Shown here: positions 38,998-49,162 of the stretch, one piece after another
Layout: each line of letters starts with the position of its first letter
How positions within the stretch are numbered: position 1 is the first letter of the stretch
Assembly (NCBI GenBank): GCA_050288705.1
Contig: JBNKEI010000169.1
Location: 1,108-65,107 of the forward strand
From: Myxococcales bacterium
GTDB lineage: Bacteria; Myxococcota; Myxococcia; Myxococcales; UBA5297
DNA length: 64,000 nt
Direction: 5' to 3'
Program-made: the position numbers and the translations under genes
Notes under the pieces: model-generated
The model's database searches: none
What the model saw: only the letters and a program-made list of their open reading frames with translations
What the model was told of the DNA's origin: nothing

Positions 38998-41900
38998 ATG
39001 CCCCACCGCGCAGGGTATTTTGTTTTAGCATATAATTGGGATCATCACTGTAGCGATTTGGCGGAAACTATTAAAACGCGTTTCGGCCATCTTTACTGCG
39101 AGCTGGAATCGCTAGCGCTTCCTCAACGCAATTCGCGCGCACACCTGATTGCATATTTGAGCAATTGGCAATCTTTACAAGAACGTTTTCAACAACACAT
39201 TCATGAGCTAGATCGCCGTTGCCAAACCATTCATGAACTTGGGCAACGCGGTTACGGGACTAATCGCGACCTTCTTCAGGCCTTGCAAATTTTGGCCAAA
39301 GAACAAAGAGCAGTAACCGAACCCATATTCCACCAGAAATTCGAGCATTGTATTCCCCGACTTCCCAAAAAAGGTTCTATTCCCAAAGAAGTAGTGGTAG
39401 CGCGCGACGTGAAAACGCTTGTGACCATTCTAGGCAGTCCCACCTTTAACAATACTTCCGAGCACGATATTATCTCCAACGGCTTCGGCCAGTATTTTCA
39501 GGCGATGTCAAAAACGCCATGGGTGGTCAACACTTCAATTTTTCAAAAGCTTTTTTTGAAAATTGGCGCTGCTTCCATGACTCTAATGCAAGGAAAAGTG
39601 GGACTTTCTTCGCCACGACCGGCGCGCGAGTTAAAAATAACCGCTAACCGTAATTTTATGGAAATGTATCGAGAATCGTTCGCCAGTTTGCACTTGTTTT
39701 CAGAAATTGGACTCGATTTTTTAAAACATATTCACTGGGTACTTTCGAAAGGCATCTACGCTGATGCTGGCCATTTTCGCACGATTGACTTTCCCGATCG
39801 CAATGGAGTCACCACTGAATTTAATAATCTTTCCCGTGAAATCGGCAATCTAACCCATGTTCTAAGAGAAACTGCTCGCAGCTTCCATGATCTACCCAAA
39901 TTCATATGGGACCTTGCTCGGTCGTACTACATGTTTATTGGTATTCATCCTTTTTCGGACTCCAATGGTCGCGTGGGCCGAATATTTCTTAACCACATGC
40001 TTTTGAAAAAAGGAATCCCTCCCATTGGATTCCACGACAAAGACGAAATTTTTGCCTTACCTCGATATGGTGGAACCATGGAGGATATGCACCAATATTT
40101 ACTTCGTCGAATTTCCCTTGCAACCGAAGATTATTTTCGTGAACGAACCCTCATGGAATCTGCTGGCCGGTTCGACAAAGATGTATATAATATTTCATTT
40201 GATTCCGGATGCCATTTTCAGCAAATCGATGATAACCCTCAGCATATTGAAGTGCATCTTCCCGTATATATCGCCCCCGAAGAATCACCCGAAGCTAAAC
40301 TGCTAATCAACCATGGCAAAATTGTGCTTTCCAATGAAGAATTACTGCCAGATTTTTCTTTATATTGCGGATTGACCGACACTGAGAGAGGGGACTGGAA
40401 ACATACATTAGGATTGATTAGACCGCGCTCATCACACGAGATTTCTTCCGATGTTCCCGCCACAAAATCATTCGAGCTCCGTTACGCCATTGACTTTGAC
40501 AAAGAATTTTCCGAACACGAGTATCTTTGCTGCTCCGCGGTTTCTCCTAGTAACCAGCAAGTGTTCAGTAATCAAGGAGCTTATTATTCATTACGCTTAG
40601 AAAAGCGTCATTTTACCGGCATCCATCATTCTTTGGCGGCTGAGCGTTATGCTTTTCCTTCATATAAATGGCTCAACGCCCGCCGCATGCTTCCCGTAAC
40701 TCCTCATGGGCTAGCAGTTTGTAATCCGGGAGGAATTGGTTTCTCATTTATGGGCGGCGCTGAGGGAATGTCTCTCAAAGTTCTGCTGCAATTATGGCGG
40801 GCAGACGGAGCCAGTGAGCATTATCTTTGCGATGCCTACCGCGTGCACGATTTTGGTGGCGATTGGCAACAGTGGCAAACCCACCGCCTTCCATTGCTAC
40901 CATGGGACGGACCACACGGACATGTTACCTACGCTGTTTTTTCTTATTTAATCCACCGCAGCAATCAAGCCCTAGTTTCTCAAAACTGCTATAAGTTTGC
41001 GACCTTTGCAGAGTTTTCCAGCAATTCAACTGATCGTACTGATTTTTTTGATCCCTGCTATAAAACAGAAAACCCTTACACCCTTAATCAAGTTGACGCC
41101 CAAGAGTTGCAAGCGGCCTACGATCGGGTCTGTAATTCCCAGACTTTGGACATGGAGGTCAGATTTACCCGTGGAAACCCGGGAAGCCCCGAGCACCCGG
41201 TGAACGAAATTCACCGCGAAATCGACCGGGTAATTGCCAAAAAGAAAGACGATCCCCAAGGTCGTCATTGGATTCATTTAGCTTTGTTTGACTTAGACAA
41301 TTATCACATTGCAGAGCACTTGATTTATGCAAAAAATCAAGGAGTTGAAGTTGAGTGTTTAGGCGACTGGGCGGGAATGAGTGCGCTCAATCGCACTGAT
41401 AATATTGCCCGAATTCGTAAAGCCGGTATCCCAGTTTTGGGAATAGTTCGCAACACCCCAGGAGTGCCCTCTGAGGGCATTGGAAGCATGCATACGAAAA
41501 TTTTTATTTTCGATGGGGAAGTAGTGCATAGCAGTTCTTATAATTTGCATTTCCATCTTTGGGGTGGAAACCGTGAAGAGGTTATGATTTTTCGCTCGCC
41601 AGAAATAGCTCTTCTTCATGAAAATATATTTCAAGCTATACGAGGAGGAATCATTCAGCCATTACAAATTGATCCTCTTGCATCATTTAATTTGTACTAT
41701 AGTTTTGGCTATACCATTACTAAAGAAGGAAAATTGTTCCGCGCGCAAGACGCCATACTTACCGAAATCCATAATGCCCAAAAATCGATAGAAGTTTGCA
41801 TGTTCGACATTGGATTTCTAGTGGGCACATCTTTAGGAGATTCTTTTGAATCCGATGTAGTATCAGCCCTCATTCATGCCCGAAATCGAGGCATAAGAGT

Positions 41901-42237
41901 AAAAGTAATATTGAATGGACAAATTGCCCACACTGGTCAGCTCCCGGCGAGTTGGGATAAAAAATTCAGACGCCCACTCAAACCAGCCGCCAAACGATTG
42001 AAGGACGCCTGGGTTGACGTCTCGTTTTTGTATTACCACGAAAGCGTTTATTCCCCTCTGCATCACAAAATAGCAGTAATTGATGGACACACTTCGGTCA
42101 TTGGATCGTATAACTGGTATGAAGCCAGCCTAGTTTCTGACGAAGTAGTTTCAGTAATAAGGAACCGACAATTAGCCAAAACACTTTCCGATGAAATTCA
42201 TCTTATTGAAAAGTCCTATCGCTTGGAGAAAGAGTAG
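38998..42237 (+). CDS. Fic domain-phospholipase D (two HKD motifs) fusion protein
   Basis: Fic motif IHPFSDSNGRVGR (39946); HKD motifs MHTKIFIFDG...SSYN (41491) and LHHKIAVIDG...GSYNW (42061); 1079-aa continuous ORF with RBS. Confidence 0.85.
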   Translation: MPHRAGYFVLAYNWDHHCSDLAETIKTRFGHLYCELESLALPQRNSRAHLIAYLSNWQSLQERFQQHIHELDRRCQTIHELGQRGYGTNRDLLQALQILAKEQRAVTEPIFHQKFEHCIPRLPKKGSIPKEVVVARDVKTLVTILGSPTFNNTSEHDIISNGFGQYFQAMSKTPWVVNTSIFQKLFLKIGAASMTLMQGKVGLSSPRPARELKITANRNFMEMYRESFASLHLFSEIGLDFLKHIHWVLSKGIYADAGHFRTIDFPDRNGVTTEFNNLSREIGNLTHVLRETARSFHDLPKFIWDLARSYYMFIGIHPFSDSNGRVGRIFLNHMLLKKGIPPIGFHDKDEIFALPRYGGTMEDMHQYLLRRISLATEDYFRERTLMESAGRFDKDVYNISFDSGCHFQQIDDNPQHIEVHLPVYIAPEESPEAKLLINHGKIVLSNEELLPDFSLYCGLTDTERGDWKHTLGLIRPRSSHEISSDVPATKSFELRYAIDFDKEFSEHEYLCCSAVSPSNQQVFSNQGAYYSLRLEKRHFTGIHHSLAAERYAFPSYKWLNARRMLPVTPHGLAVCNPGGIGFSFMGGAEGMSLKVLLQLWRADGASEHYLCDAYRVHDFGGDWQQWQTHRLPLLPWDGPHGHVTYAVFSYLIHRSNQALVSQNCYKFATFAEFSSNSTDRTDFFDPCYKTENPYTLNQVDAQELQAAYDRVCNSQTLDMEVRFTRGNPGSPEHPVNEIHREIDRVIAKKKDDPQGRHWIHLALFDLDNYHIAEHLIYAKNQGVEVECLGDWAGMSALNRTDNIARIRKAGIPVLGIVRNTPGVPSEGIGSMHTKIFIFDGEVVHSSSYNLHFHLWGGNREEVMIFRSPEIALLHENIFQAIRGGIIQPLQIDPLASFNLYYSFGYTITKEGKLFRAQDAILTEIHNAQKSIEVCMFDIGFLVGTSLGDSFESDVVSALIHARNRGIRVKVILNGQIAHTGQLPASWDKKFRRPLKPAAKRLKDAWVDVSFLYYHESVYSPLHHKIAVIDGHTSVIGSYNWYEASLVSDEVVSVIRNRQLAKTLSDEIHLIEKSYRLEKE

Positions 42238-42257
42238 TCTTCTCAGAAATTTATTTT

Positions 42258-42758
42258 TTAAAAAATAATAGATGGCATTTTCTTTGAGTCGTTCATGTAT
42301 TTTTTCAACGCATCCAATGTCAATACTCGACACCCATCAGCAATTAAGTAAGGAGCACATCTCTCATCATCAGTAAGCACTTGGCATTTCGTTTCTACTG
42401 CCACCAGATATAACGATGCATCAGCAACTCCGACATAACGAAGAAAATGATACCCTAAGATTTTTTCTTTAGGGATGTATATTTCAAATTGTTTTTTGCT
42501 AGAAAAAACTTTCTTAAAAACATCGAAGAATGGCTCGTTTTTCTCTCCAATCCTATCAGTTAAATTTGAAACCTCAGTAAGAATACTCGGAGTTACATAT
42601 ACCTTACTAGCATTAGCTATATACGTTTGGACATATTCGAAATCTTCGATCGAGTAAGAAGAAGTTCTTTTATTGCTTCGCATCAATTTTTGATCGTATA
42701 ATCCTATAAGAAACAAAACTAATAGGTTAGTGTCAACAAGCAGTTCCAGTTCTCTCAT
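42258..42758 (-). CDS. PIN-domain (VapC-like) ribonuclease
   Basis: LLVDTNLLV, ILTEVSNL, GVADASL, VLTDD acidic tetrad. Confidence 0.8.
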   Translation of the reverse strand: MRELELLVDTNLLVLFLIGLYDQKLMRSNKRTSSYSIEDFEYVQTYIANASKVYVTPSILTEVSNLTDRIGEKNEPFFDVFKKVFSSKKQFEIYIPKEKILGYHFLRYVGVADASLYLVAVETKCQVLTDDERCAPYLIADGCRVLTLDALKKYMNDSKKMPSIIF

Positions 42759-43006
42759 GACATGGCTCTATCGGGATCCAGAAATTTCATTGAAAGAGCC
42801 ATACCCTTATCTGGATCAATATCGATCTGTTTAAAAATTTTCTTTGGTGGCAGAATAAGATCTCCCGCCGGGTTTTCGTAATAGCTTACGACGACTACCC
42901 ACACTCCTTTTTCGAATAACACCGCTTCGGTGGTTAATTTCACCTGAGGGTCTGATATTTCTTTAAAGTAGTCGCGCGCGATATGCACTGCATCTTTGGC
43001 TTCCAT
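42755..43006 (-). CDS. Small protein translationally coupled to the PIN gene (antitoxin-like partner)
   Basis: 83 aa with GAGG RBS; ATGA overlap with the PIN gene start. Confidence 0.65.
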   Translation of the reverse strand: MEAKDAVHIARDYFKEISDPQVKLTTEAVLFEKGVWVVVVSYYENPAGDLILPPKKIFKQIDIDPDKGMALSMKFLDPDRAMS

Positions 43007-43133
43007 AGCTCTATGGCCTCCTCAATCTAACTAAGTGAATACATTTAACAAGGTACTCGCCCCCGAATCAAGGATATCGTCCCCACAAATTAAAAACTGG
43101 ACAGTTGGGCCAAGACAAGCCCATTCTGGGCGT

Positions 43134-43499
43134 ATGAAACTCTTACTCAATCTACTTTGGGTCATTCTTGGAGGAGGACTGATCATCTTTCTGGAATACC
43201 TACTAGCAGGACTGCTGTTTTGCGTTACCGTGGTAGGCATTCCTTTTGGCCTCCAGTGCTTCAAAATTGCTGGGCTAGGACTGTGGCCATTTGGCAAAGA
43301 GATAACTTACGCCTCTTTTGGCGCTGTGGGGGTACTTCTCAATGTTTTGTGGCTGCTGTTGGCAGGGTTATGGATTGCATTGAGCCATCTGGCTGCCGCT
43401 TGTGTCCTGGCAGTTACTATTATCGGGATTCCTTTTGCCTGGCAACATTTGAAGCTTGCGCGAATTGCTTTAGTTCCATTTGGCGCTCGTATCATGTAA
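43134..43499 (+). CDS. yccF: YccF-domain inner membrane protein
   Basis: Two repeats of LNLLW...G....A....TIIGIPF..Q..K.A..L.PFG. Confidence 0.85.
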   Translation: MKLLLNLLWVILGGGLIIFLEYLLAGLLFCVTVVGIPFGLQCFKIAGLGLWPFGKEITYASFGAVGVLLNVLWLLLAGLWIALSHLAAACVLAVTIIGIPFAWQHLKLARIALVPFGARIM

Positions 43500-43560
43500 C
43501 CTTCCCGCTTAGCTCTTTGTTTAGCTTTCCTTAGCTCTTTCTTTTTGGTACGCGACTGTC

Positions 43561-45021
43561 ATGCGCATGAAAAAAATCATACTTCTACTTATTGGGCTTC
43601 ATGGCGTCCGATTTCTACTGTCTTTCACCTTCGATCTAGCGCCACAAGAGGCTTATTACTTCTTGTATTCCCAGCATATTGCCCTTTCCTATTTCGACCA
43701 CCCGCCGGCAATTGCTTGGTTGTTAGGAGCTTTTTCCTGGGTTTTAGGAAAACAGGTTTTTGCAATTCGCTTGGCTTCCCTTCTCACCACCCTAGGGACT
43801 CAAGTAGTATTCATTTATTTAGCTAAAAAGTTTTTGCCGATAAATCGCCAATCGCGAGCCATTCTATTGTTTTCTACCACCTTAATGATATCAATACTCT
43901 CTCTTATTTCTACTCCTGACGTTCCTCTACTTCTATTTTGGGCACTATCTCTACTATTTTTGCACCGAGCCATATTCGAAAACAAAAAATTTTCATGGGT
44001 GGCTGCTGGGTTGTCTATGGGGTTGGCCTTTGACAGTAAATATACGGCGGTTTTTCTGTTTTTGGGTCTTTTTCTGTTTTTATTTGCGTCCAAGCAATAT
44101 CGGCATTTACTGAAAACAGTTTGGCCATATGCTAGCCTGCTTATAGCTAATCTAGTAATGTTGCCAGTTTACTTATGGAATTATAAAAATGGATTTGCTT
44201 CATTTTTATTTCAAAGCTCTAATCGAGCTTCCAATTTTGGAAGCCTAACCTATGTCAACATTTTGAAGCTTCTGGCAACACAATCCTTTCTATTACTCCC
44301 TCCATTACTATTTCTAATAATATTTGCAGCTTTTAAAAGCTTTCGCTTGGCATGGAAATCATCTTTGCCCGTGCGCGACCGCACTTTGTTTCTGGCCTGC
44401 TTTACAATTCCTCTGCTGGTGATTTTTGGAACCATTTCTTTATTCTCATTAGTGAAGCCAAATTGGCTTCTGCCTTGTTATCTTACTGGCACCCTGTTAG
44501 CAGTACGCTTCGGCTTCTCTCGAAAAGTTGCTTGGGCAAATTTCTGCTTTGCCGGGGTGATACACTTAGCTACCGCAATTCAAATCATATGGTATCCCGT
44601 ACCAATTAAAAGCGACGATACTTGGTTTGGCTGGAGAGACCTGGCTGTTCAGGTTGACCGTTTACAGCTACAGTATCCCGACTCATTTGTTTTCTCCAAC
44701 GACGGATATAAGACCAGCGCCCAATTACGATTCTATTCCACCTCGCCAACTTATGCAGGAAATATTTTGGGATTACCTGCCCTGCAGTTTGATTACTTTC
44801 CCGACAATTTGGGCGCATTACAGGGAAAAAACGCGATTTTCCTTGATTCGCAACCCAATGCGTTCTCCTCACAAAAATCGGGCCACATTCCTAACATTTT
44901 GTTAACTTTCTTTGAATCAGTGGAAGAACTTGACCCTATCGTCATCTATAGAGGTAACTCCATAATGCGCAAGTTCCTGGTTTTTCACTGCAAGAGCTAC
45001 CTGCCGCATGCCAGCGACTAA
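43561..45021 (+). CDS. ArnT/PMT-like (GT39/GT83) membrane glycosyltransferase
   Basis: QEAYY, SYFDHPPAIAW, TPDVPLLLFW, GLAFDSKYT; many TM helices. Confidence 0.85.
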   Translation: MRMKKIILLLIGLHGVRFLLSFTFDLAPQEAYYFLYSQHIALSYFDHPPAIAWLLGAFSWVLGKQVFAIRLASLLTTLGTQVVFIYLAKKFLPINRQSRAILLFSTTLMISILSLISTPDVPLLLFWALSLLFLHRAIFENKKFSWVAAGLSMGLAFDSKYTAVFLFLGLFLFLFASKQYRHLLKTVWPYASLLIANLVMLPVYLWNYKNGFASFLFQSSNRASNFGSLTYVNILKLLATQSFLLLPPLLFLIIFAAFKSFRLAWKSSLPVRDRTLFLACFTIPLLVIFGTISLFSLVKPNWLLPCYLTGTLLAVRFGFSRKVAWANFCFAGVIHLATAIQIIWYPVPIKSDDTWFGWRDLAVQVDRLQLQYPDSFVFSNDGYKTSAQLRFYSTSPTYAGNILGLPALQFDYFPDNLGALQGKNAIFLDSQPNAFSSQKSGHIPNILLTFFESVEELDPIVIYRGNSIMRKFLVFHCKSYLPHASD

Positions 45022-45195
45022 ACCATTCTAGGTTACCCTCACGTTCCTTGACGTAGTCATTACCAAGAATCTACCATTTAATAAAAGCGCCATCCTTGTT
45101 GCCAAGTTGACGAATGAGCATTCATTTTTTTTCATCGAGATAACGCTATGCATAGCTACCGAGAAAGCATGTTAGCAAGTAAGCCAACGCAGCAG

Positions 45196-45630
45196 CCTAG
45201 CGAAAAGCTTGTCATGGCAGATTCGAAGGACCTAATCAACTTTACCAACCCGCGGCTTGTAACCGTAATACCCTACGGGGACCAAACTCGTCGCAAATGC
45301 ATGCCTGGGCTCCCGAAGCTTTCTATGATTCGGAAAAGAACCAATACGCTATTCTCTGGTCGGGCAATGACACCACCAACCGCAACCGCATCTACGTATA
45401 CACAGAAGACAATACTCCCTTTTACGTTGCACACTCCTGGTTCCATCTGATGATTGCCTACCGCGGAGATACCCGGCAGTTTCCAGACGATTTTAACTGC
45501 CGATCCCACCATGGTATCGTTACAATGGCATACAGACCCGTCGCACTACTTTCAACACTGGAGTTATAAGATTTTCGCCAAGCCCTTAAGTGCCGCAGAA
45601 AAAGGTTTTGTTGCTTCTTTTGTAATAGAG
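45196..45630 (+). pseudogene. Internally deleted, frameshifted paralog remnant of the adjacent GH43-like gene
   Basis: Segments ADSKDLINFTNPRL, MHAWAPEAFYD..NRIYV, PFYVAHSW, MVSLQW and SFVIE match successive regions of 45730..47760 in different frames. Confidence 0.8.
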
Positions 45631-45729
45631 GGGGGTAATGATAAACCGACCACTACTGAAAGTAATAATAATTGGTTCGCATTCAGAACTGTCTTGATAA
45701 ACACTACATTGGCTATGTTTTGAGGGTTT

Positions 45730-47760
45730 ATGAATCGCGGTTCTATATCTTTGTACACATTGTACATATTTGCCATTTTTCAGGCGTCCTTATACACCAG
45801 CGGATGTCCCGCACTTAAGGAAGTCCAAATCTCTTGCGAATCAAGCCTAGATTGTCCGACCAAGTATGGCTGCAACAAAAACAAGATTTGTGCAAAAAAC
45901 ATTGAGGAATCGGCATTAACAATTTACCCCAACAAAACTAGGATATTTTCCGCATCTTCTACCATCTTCACTGCCAAACTCGATGACGAGCACACTACCA
46001 ATGTAACCTGGAGCATCGACAAGGAAACGGAAGGACAGGAACTCGGAACTATCGATGGCTCTGGCAAATATACTCCTCCTTCAGGTATTACTTCTGTCTT
46101 GAAAGTAACAATCAGGGCAACCCTCAAGAGTCACCGTGATTTGAAGGCCCTTGCTGAAGCAACTATATTTCCGCCAGATGATACTTCAGCTTGGGTGATG
46201 AGTTATTTCCTGACCGGAAACCTACCAAGGAGCAGTTTGCAAGACTCAGTTCACTTGGCATACTCCAGAGATGGATATCGTTGGACCGAACTTGCGGCAT
46301 TTATCCCCGAATACCAACTACCGGAACTAGGCGATAACAAGAATAACCACCTGCGCGATCCCTTTGTTTTGAGAAAACTTGACGGAACATTCGTTCTTTT
46401 GGCAAGCGACTGGACGCGTTCGTTCAGCAGTTCAGACTATTGGAAAAGCCCTAGCCCAGAAATTCTGGTCGCAGATTCTGTAGACCTAATTACCTTTACT
46501 AACCCGAGATTGCTGCGGCTTACCCCGATCATATTCATCGATGGAACCCCCATGCATGCACGGGCGCCAAAAGCGTTCTATGATCCTGAAAACGAACGGT
46601 ACGGAATAATCTGGACCGGTAACGATGCCAAAAACGTCAACCGAATTTATGTAAGCTATACCAAAGACTTCGAAAAACTCGAAAATGAGATTCCGACCTT
46701 GTTCTTCGATCCTGGATATAGCGTTACCGACGCAACGCTGGTACAAACCGAAAATTATAACTACCTGCTATTCGTCGACGACAGAAATAACGCTGATACC
46801 AAGGACGTCCAAATTGCGCGTTCAGCTTCGGTTGCGATAGCTCCGGGATCTTTCAGCATGTGGAGCCCAGATTATATCACCCGTGAAGACCAAACAAACC
46901 CGGCGGGAACGAAAAGTCCTTTCGTGATTTCTCCGGAAGCAAATTCCTGGACAATGTGCGCCTCTAAATACGGTACAAATAGCCTTTTTTCGTGCTGGGG
47001 AACGAACAATCTCGACTCTCCCCCGAGCTCATGGCATGCCCTCCCAATGTCTACGTATACCATGCCGCCGAACGCCTTACATGCGAGCACTGTACGAGTT
47101 ACCAAGAATCAACTCAACGCTCTTATCAGTCACTATGGAGTTTCAACAAAGGTTAAAATAAAGTCGACCTATGTAAATTCTAATGGCAGGCCTTTCTATC
47201 TGGCACATTCCTGGAGACATGGGGTTTTCACATTTGATGGTGATACTGCTAATGGCCAGCTTGCAAGCGACTTCGTGTTTCAATTGCGGCCGGGCTCAGC
47301 CAACCCTGACGACGCCACTCTGGTATCGTTTACTGGCACCCCAGCCATATTTGAGAATGATTGGCTGTATATAAACAGCGAAACACCAACTGAGTGGCCA
47401 ACAGGCGAATCTGCAACGAATTCGAATCAATCAAGCTACTTGAGCCAAATTCCCTCTGATCAGCGCCACCACCTAGTGTTTCTAAAGAAATCTGAGTTAA
47501 CAACAAGTTTCGCTAGCAACGTCACATTCAAAATTGTACCAGCATTAAACGGAAATACCTCCATGGTTTCCCTGAGGTGGTGCGGAGAGAGCGTAGACCA
47601 GACATGCAACGATATCGATTATCCTCGTTACCTTAGCCATAACTATTATCAGGTCTTTGCTTGCCGCGAGAGCGAACTCTGTGGAGTCGATCCCACCAAC
47701 CCCCAGGCGCCGGTTAATACCAAAAATGCAATGTCATTCACGCTCGAAATTCAAAAATAG
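45730..47760 (+). CDS. Lipoprotein: Cys-rich module, Ig-like domain, GH43-like five-bladed propeller and AbfB/CBM42-like domain
   Basis: TSGC lipobox; CESSLDCPTKYGC; VTWSI..GTIDGSGKYTPP; HLAYSRDG, LRDPFV, SVDLITF, VTDAT; FQLRPG...LVSF and TFKIVPALNG. Confidence 0.75.
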   Translation: MNRGSISLYTLYIFAIFQASLYTSGCPALKEVQISCESSLDCPTKYGCNKNKICAKNIEESALTIYPNKTRIFSASSTIFTAKLDDEHTTNVTWSIDKETEGQELGTIDGSGKYTPPSGITSVLKVTIRATLKSHRDLKALAEATIFPPDDTSAWVMSYFLTGNLPRSSLQDSVHLAYSRDGYRWTELAAFIPEYQLPELGDNKNNHLRDPFVLRKLDGTFVLLASDWTRSFSSSDYWKSPSPEILVADSVDLITFTNPRLLRLTPIIFIDGTPMHARAPKAFYDPENERYGIIWTGNDAKNVNRIYVSYTKDFEKLENEIPTLFFDPGYSVTDATLVQTENYNYLLFVDDRNNADTKDVQIARSASVAIAPGSFSMWSPDYITREDQTNPAGTKSPFVISPEANSWTMCASKYGTNSLFSCWGTNNLDSPPSSWHALPMSTYTMPPNALHASTVRVTKNQLNALISHYGVSTKVKIKSTYVNSNGRPFYLAHSWRHGVFTFDGDTANGQLASDFVFQLRPGSANPDDATLVSFTGTPAIFENDWLYINSETPTEWPTGESATNSNQSSYLSQIPSDQRHHLVFLKKSELTTSFASNVTFKIVPALNGNTSMVSLRWCGESVDQTCNDIDYPRYLSHNYYQVFACRESELCGVDPTNPQAPVNTKNAMSFTLEIQK

Positions 47761-47878
47761 TTTGTGACACACTACGGAGAGACAGTGTCAATTACATGGC
47801 TGATTAAAGCAGGAGAGGTTGTTTTAGCCGAGGTCTAGGCTCTATGATTGATTCCGGACTAAATTATCGGAGGTTGGG

Positions 47879-48637
47879 ATGCTTGCTAGTTCCTGGTTAG
47901 TAAATGTGCTTATTGTCACGCTATGCGGCTCGCCAACTGCTCAAACATTGCCGGGCACTGAAGAAGTAGCTCAAATGCATGAACAAGCCCGCGCAAAAAT
48001 GCGTAATGTCGAGTACGAGCTTGCCATTCCACTACTAGAACAGGCGCTAACCGCCAATTTGAGTCCGACCCAAATTGCAGAAGTTAATGCCGATCTCGGC
48101 ATTTGCTATGCTAGCCTCGGCAATACCCAGGGTGCGCGCGTCGCATTCCAACGAGCACTGAAAGCAAATGTTTTATTCGATTTGCCAGTTGGCACTTCTC
48201 CGAAAATTCGTCAGCTTTTCGAAACAGTTCGCACCCAGGATGCCGTAGTCGCCCAAAAGTACACCCAAAAAACCGTAGCTAAGCCCTTTGACCCATTTTT
48301 CGGTCTGAACATTAAGACTATTGATTTAGCATTAGGTGGAGCGGTGGTAGTGGGCCTGGCTACTGGCATCATCAGTGGAGTAATCTCCTCCAATGCCGCT
48401 GACGAATTAAAAGATGGTCAACACGAACGTGCGACTGTCGATAACCTCGTCAGTCGACAACGCAACTTTGGCATTGTTTCGGCCTGCGCCTACGGAGTCG
48501 CCGGCGCCGCTGCGCTTGGCGAGGTAGCAGTTGTGCTATTCATGGATCGTGATTCTAAACCAGCGAACGCTATATCGGTACAGGGCTCCATCTCTGCCAC
48601 GGGTGATGCATACGCCGGCGTAAGTGTTCGTTTTTAG
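47879..48637 (+). CDS. TPR-containing secreted/membrane protein with C-terminal hydrophobic segments
   Basis: ADLGICYASLGNTQGARVAFQRAL (TPR), TSPKIRQLFE, two hydrophobic stretches, terminal VSVRF. Confidence 0.75.
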   Translation: MLASSWLVNVLIVTLCGSPTAQTLPGTEEVAQMHEQARAKMRNVEYELAIPLLEQALTANLSPTQIAEVNADLGICYASLGNTQGARVAFQRALKANVLFDLPVGTSPKIRQLFETVRTQDAVVAQKYTQKTVAKPFDPFFGLNIKTIDLALGGAVVVGLATGIISGVISSNAADELKDGQHERATVDNLVSRQRNFGIVSACAYGVAGAAALGEVAVVLFMDRDSKPANAISVQGSISATGDAYAGVSVRF

Positions 48638-48871
48638 CGACCTCTTGCTATGACGCTTGCCTTTTGCCAACTTCAGAAGCTCAACTGAGTACTCTCCAGG
48701 CGAGTTTCTAGCTTTGGTCGCCTGACAGACATATCGCCCTTACTCTGACTCGATTAGTTATCTAGATCCCCTTGGACGACGGGCTGCCCGTAAATCTTTG
48801 TTCTTTTGGGCAAGGTGCAAGTCTGAAACTGACGAGAGCTGTGGCTCGGCAACAGGGCAATCGAGTTCTAA

Positions 48872-49162
48872 TTAATTAGAAAAGATTTTGCAGAGTTTAT
48901 GGGCTGTCACCGAGTTGGCAAAGGTCGGGCCTTTTCTTCCTCGCATGCGGCGATAGAAGGCTTTGAGGACAGTGTGACTATTGGCCAGCGTTCTCGCTGT
49001 GACTCCGAATGCTTTAGCGACCCTATTTGCGGCTGATTCCTTAATAACCCTATAGCGCTTGCCTCCTGTGATTTTGTTTTTAGGTGCCAAGTTACACCAA
49101 TTCGCAAATGCCTTATAACTACGCAAAATAGTTCCTGTTAGTTTTAGGACATAGCCGGGCAC
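48872..49162 (-). mobile_element. IS110-family transposase remnant (C-terminal part)
   Basis: FANWCNLAPKNKITGGK...ANRVAKAF...LKAFYRRMRGRKG...VTAHKLCKIF; the DEDD N-terminal domain is absent. Confidence 0.75.
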
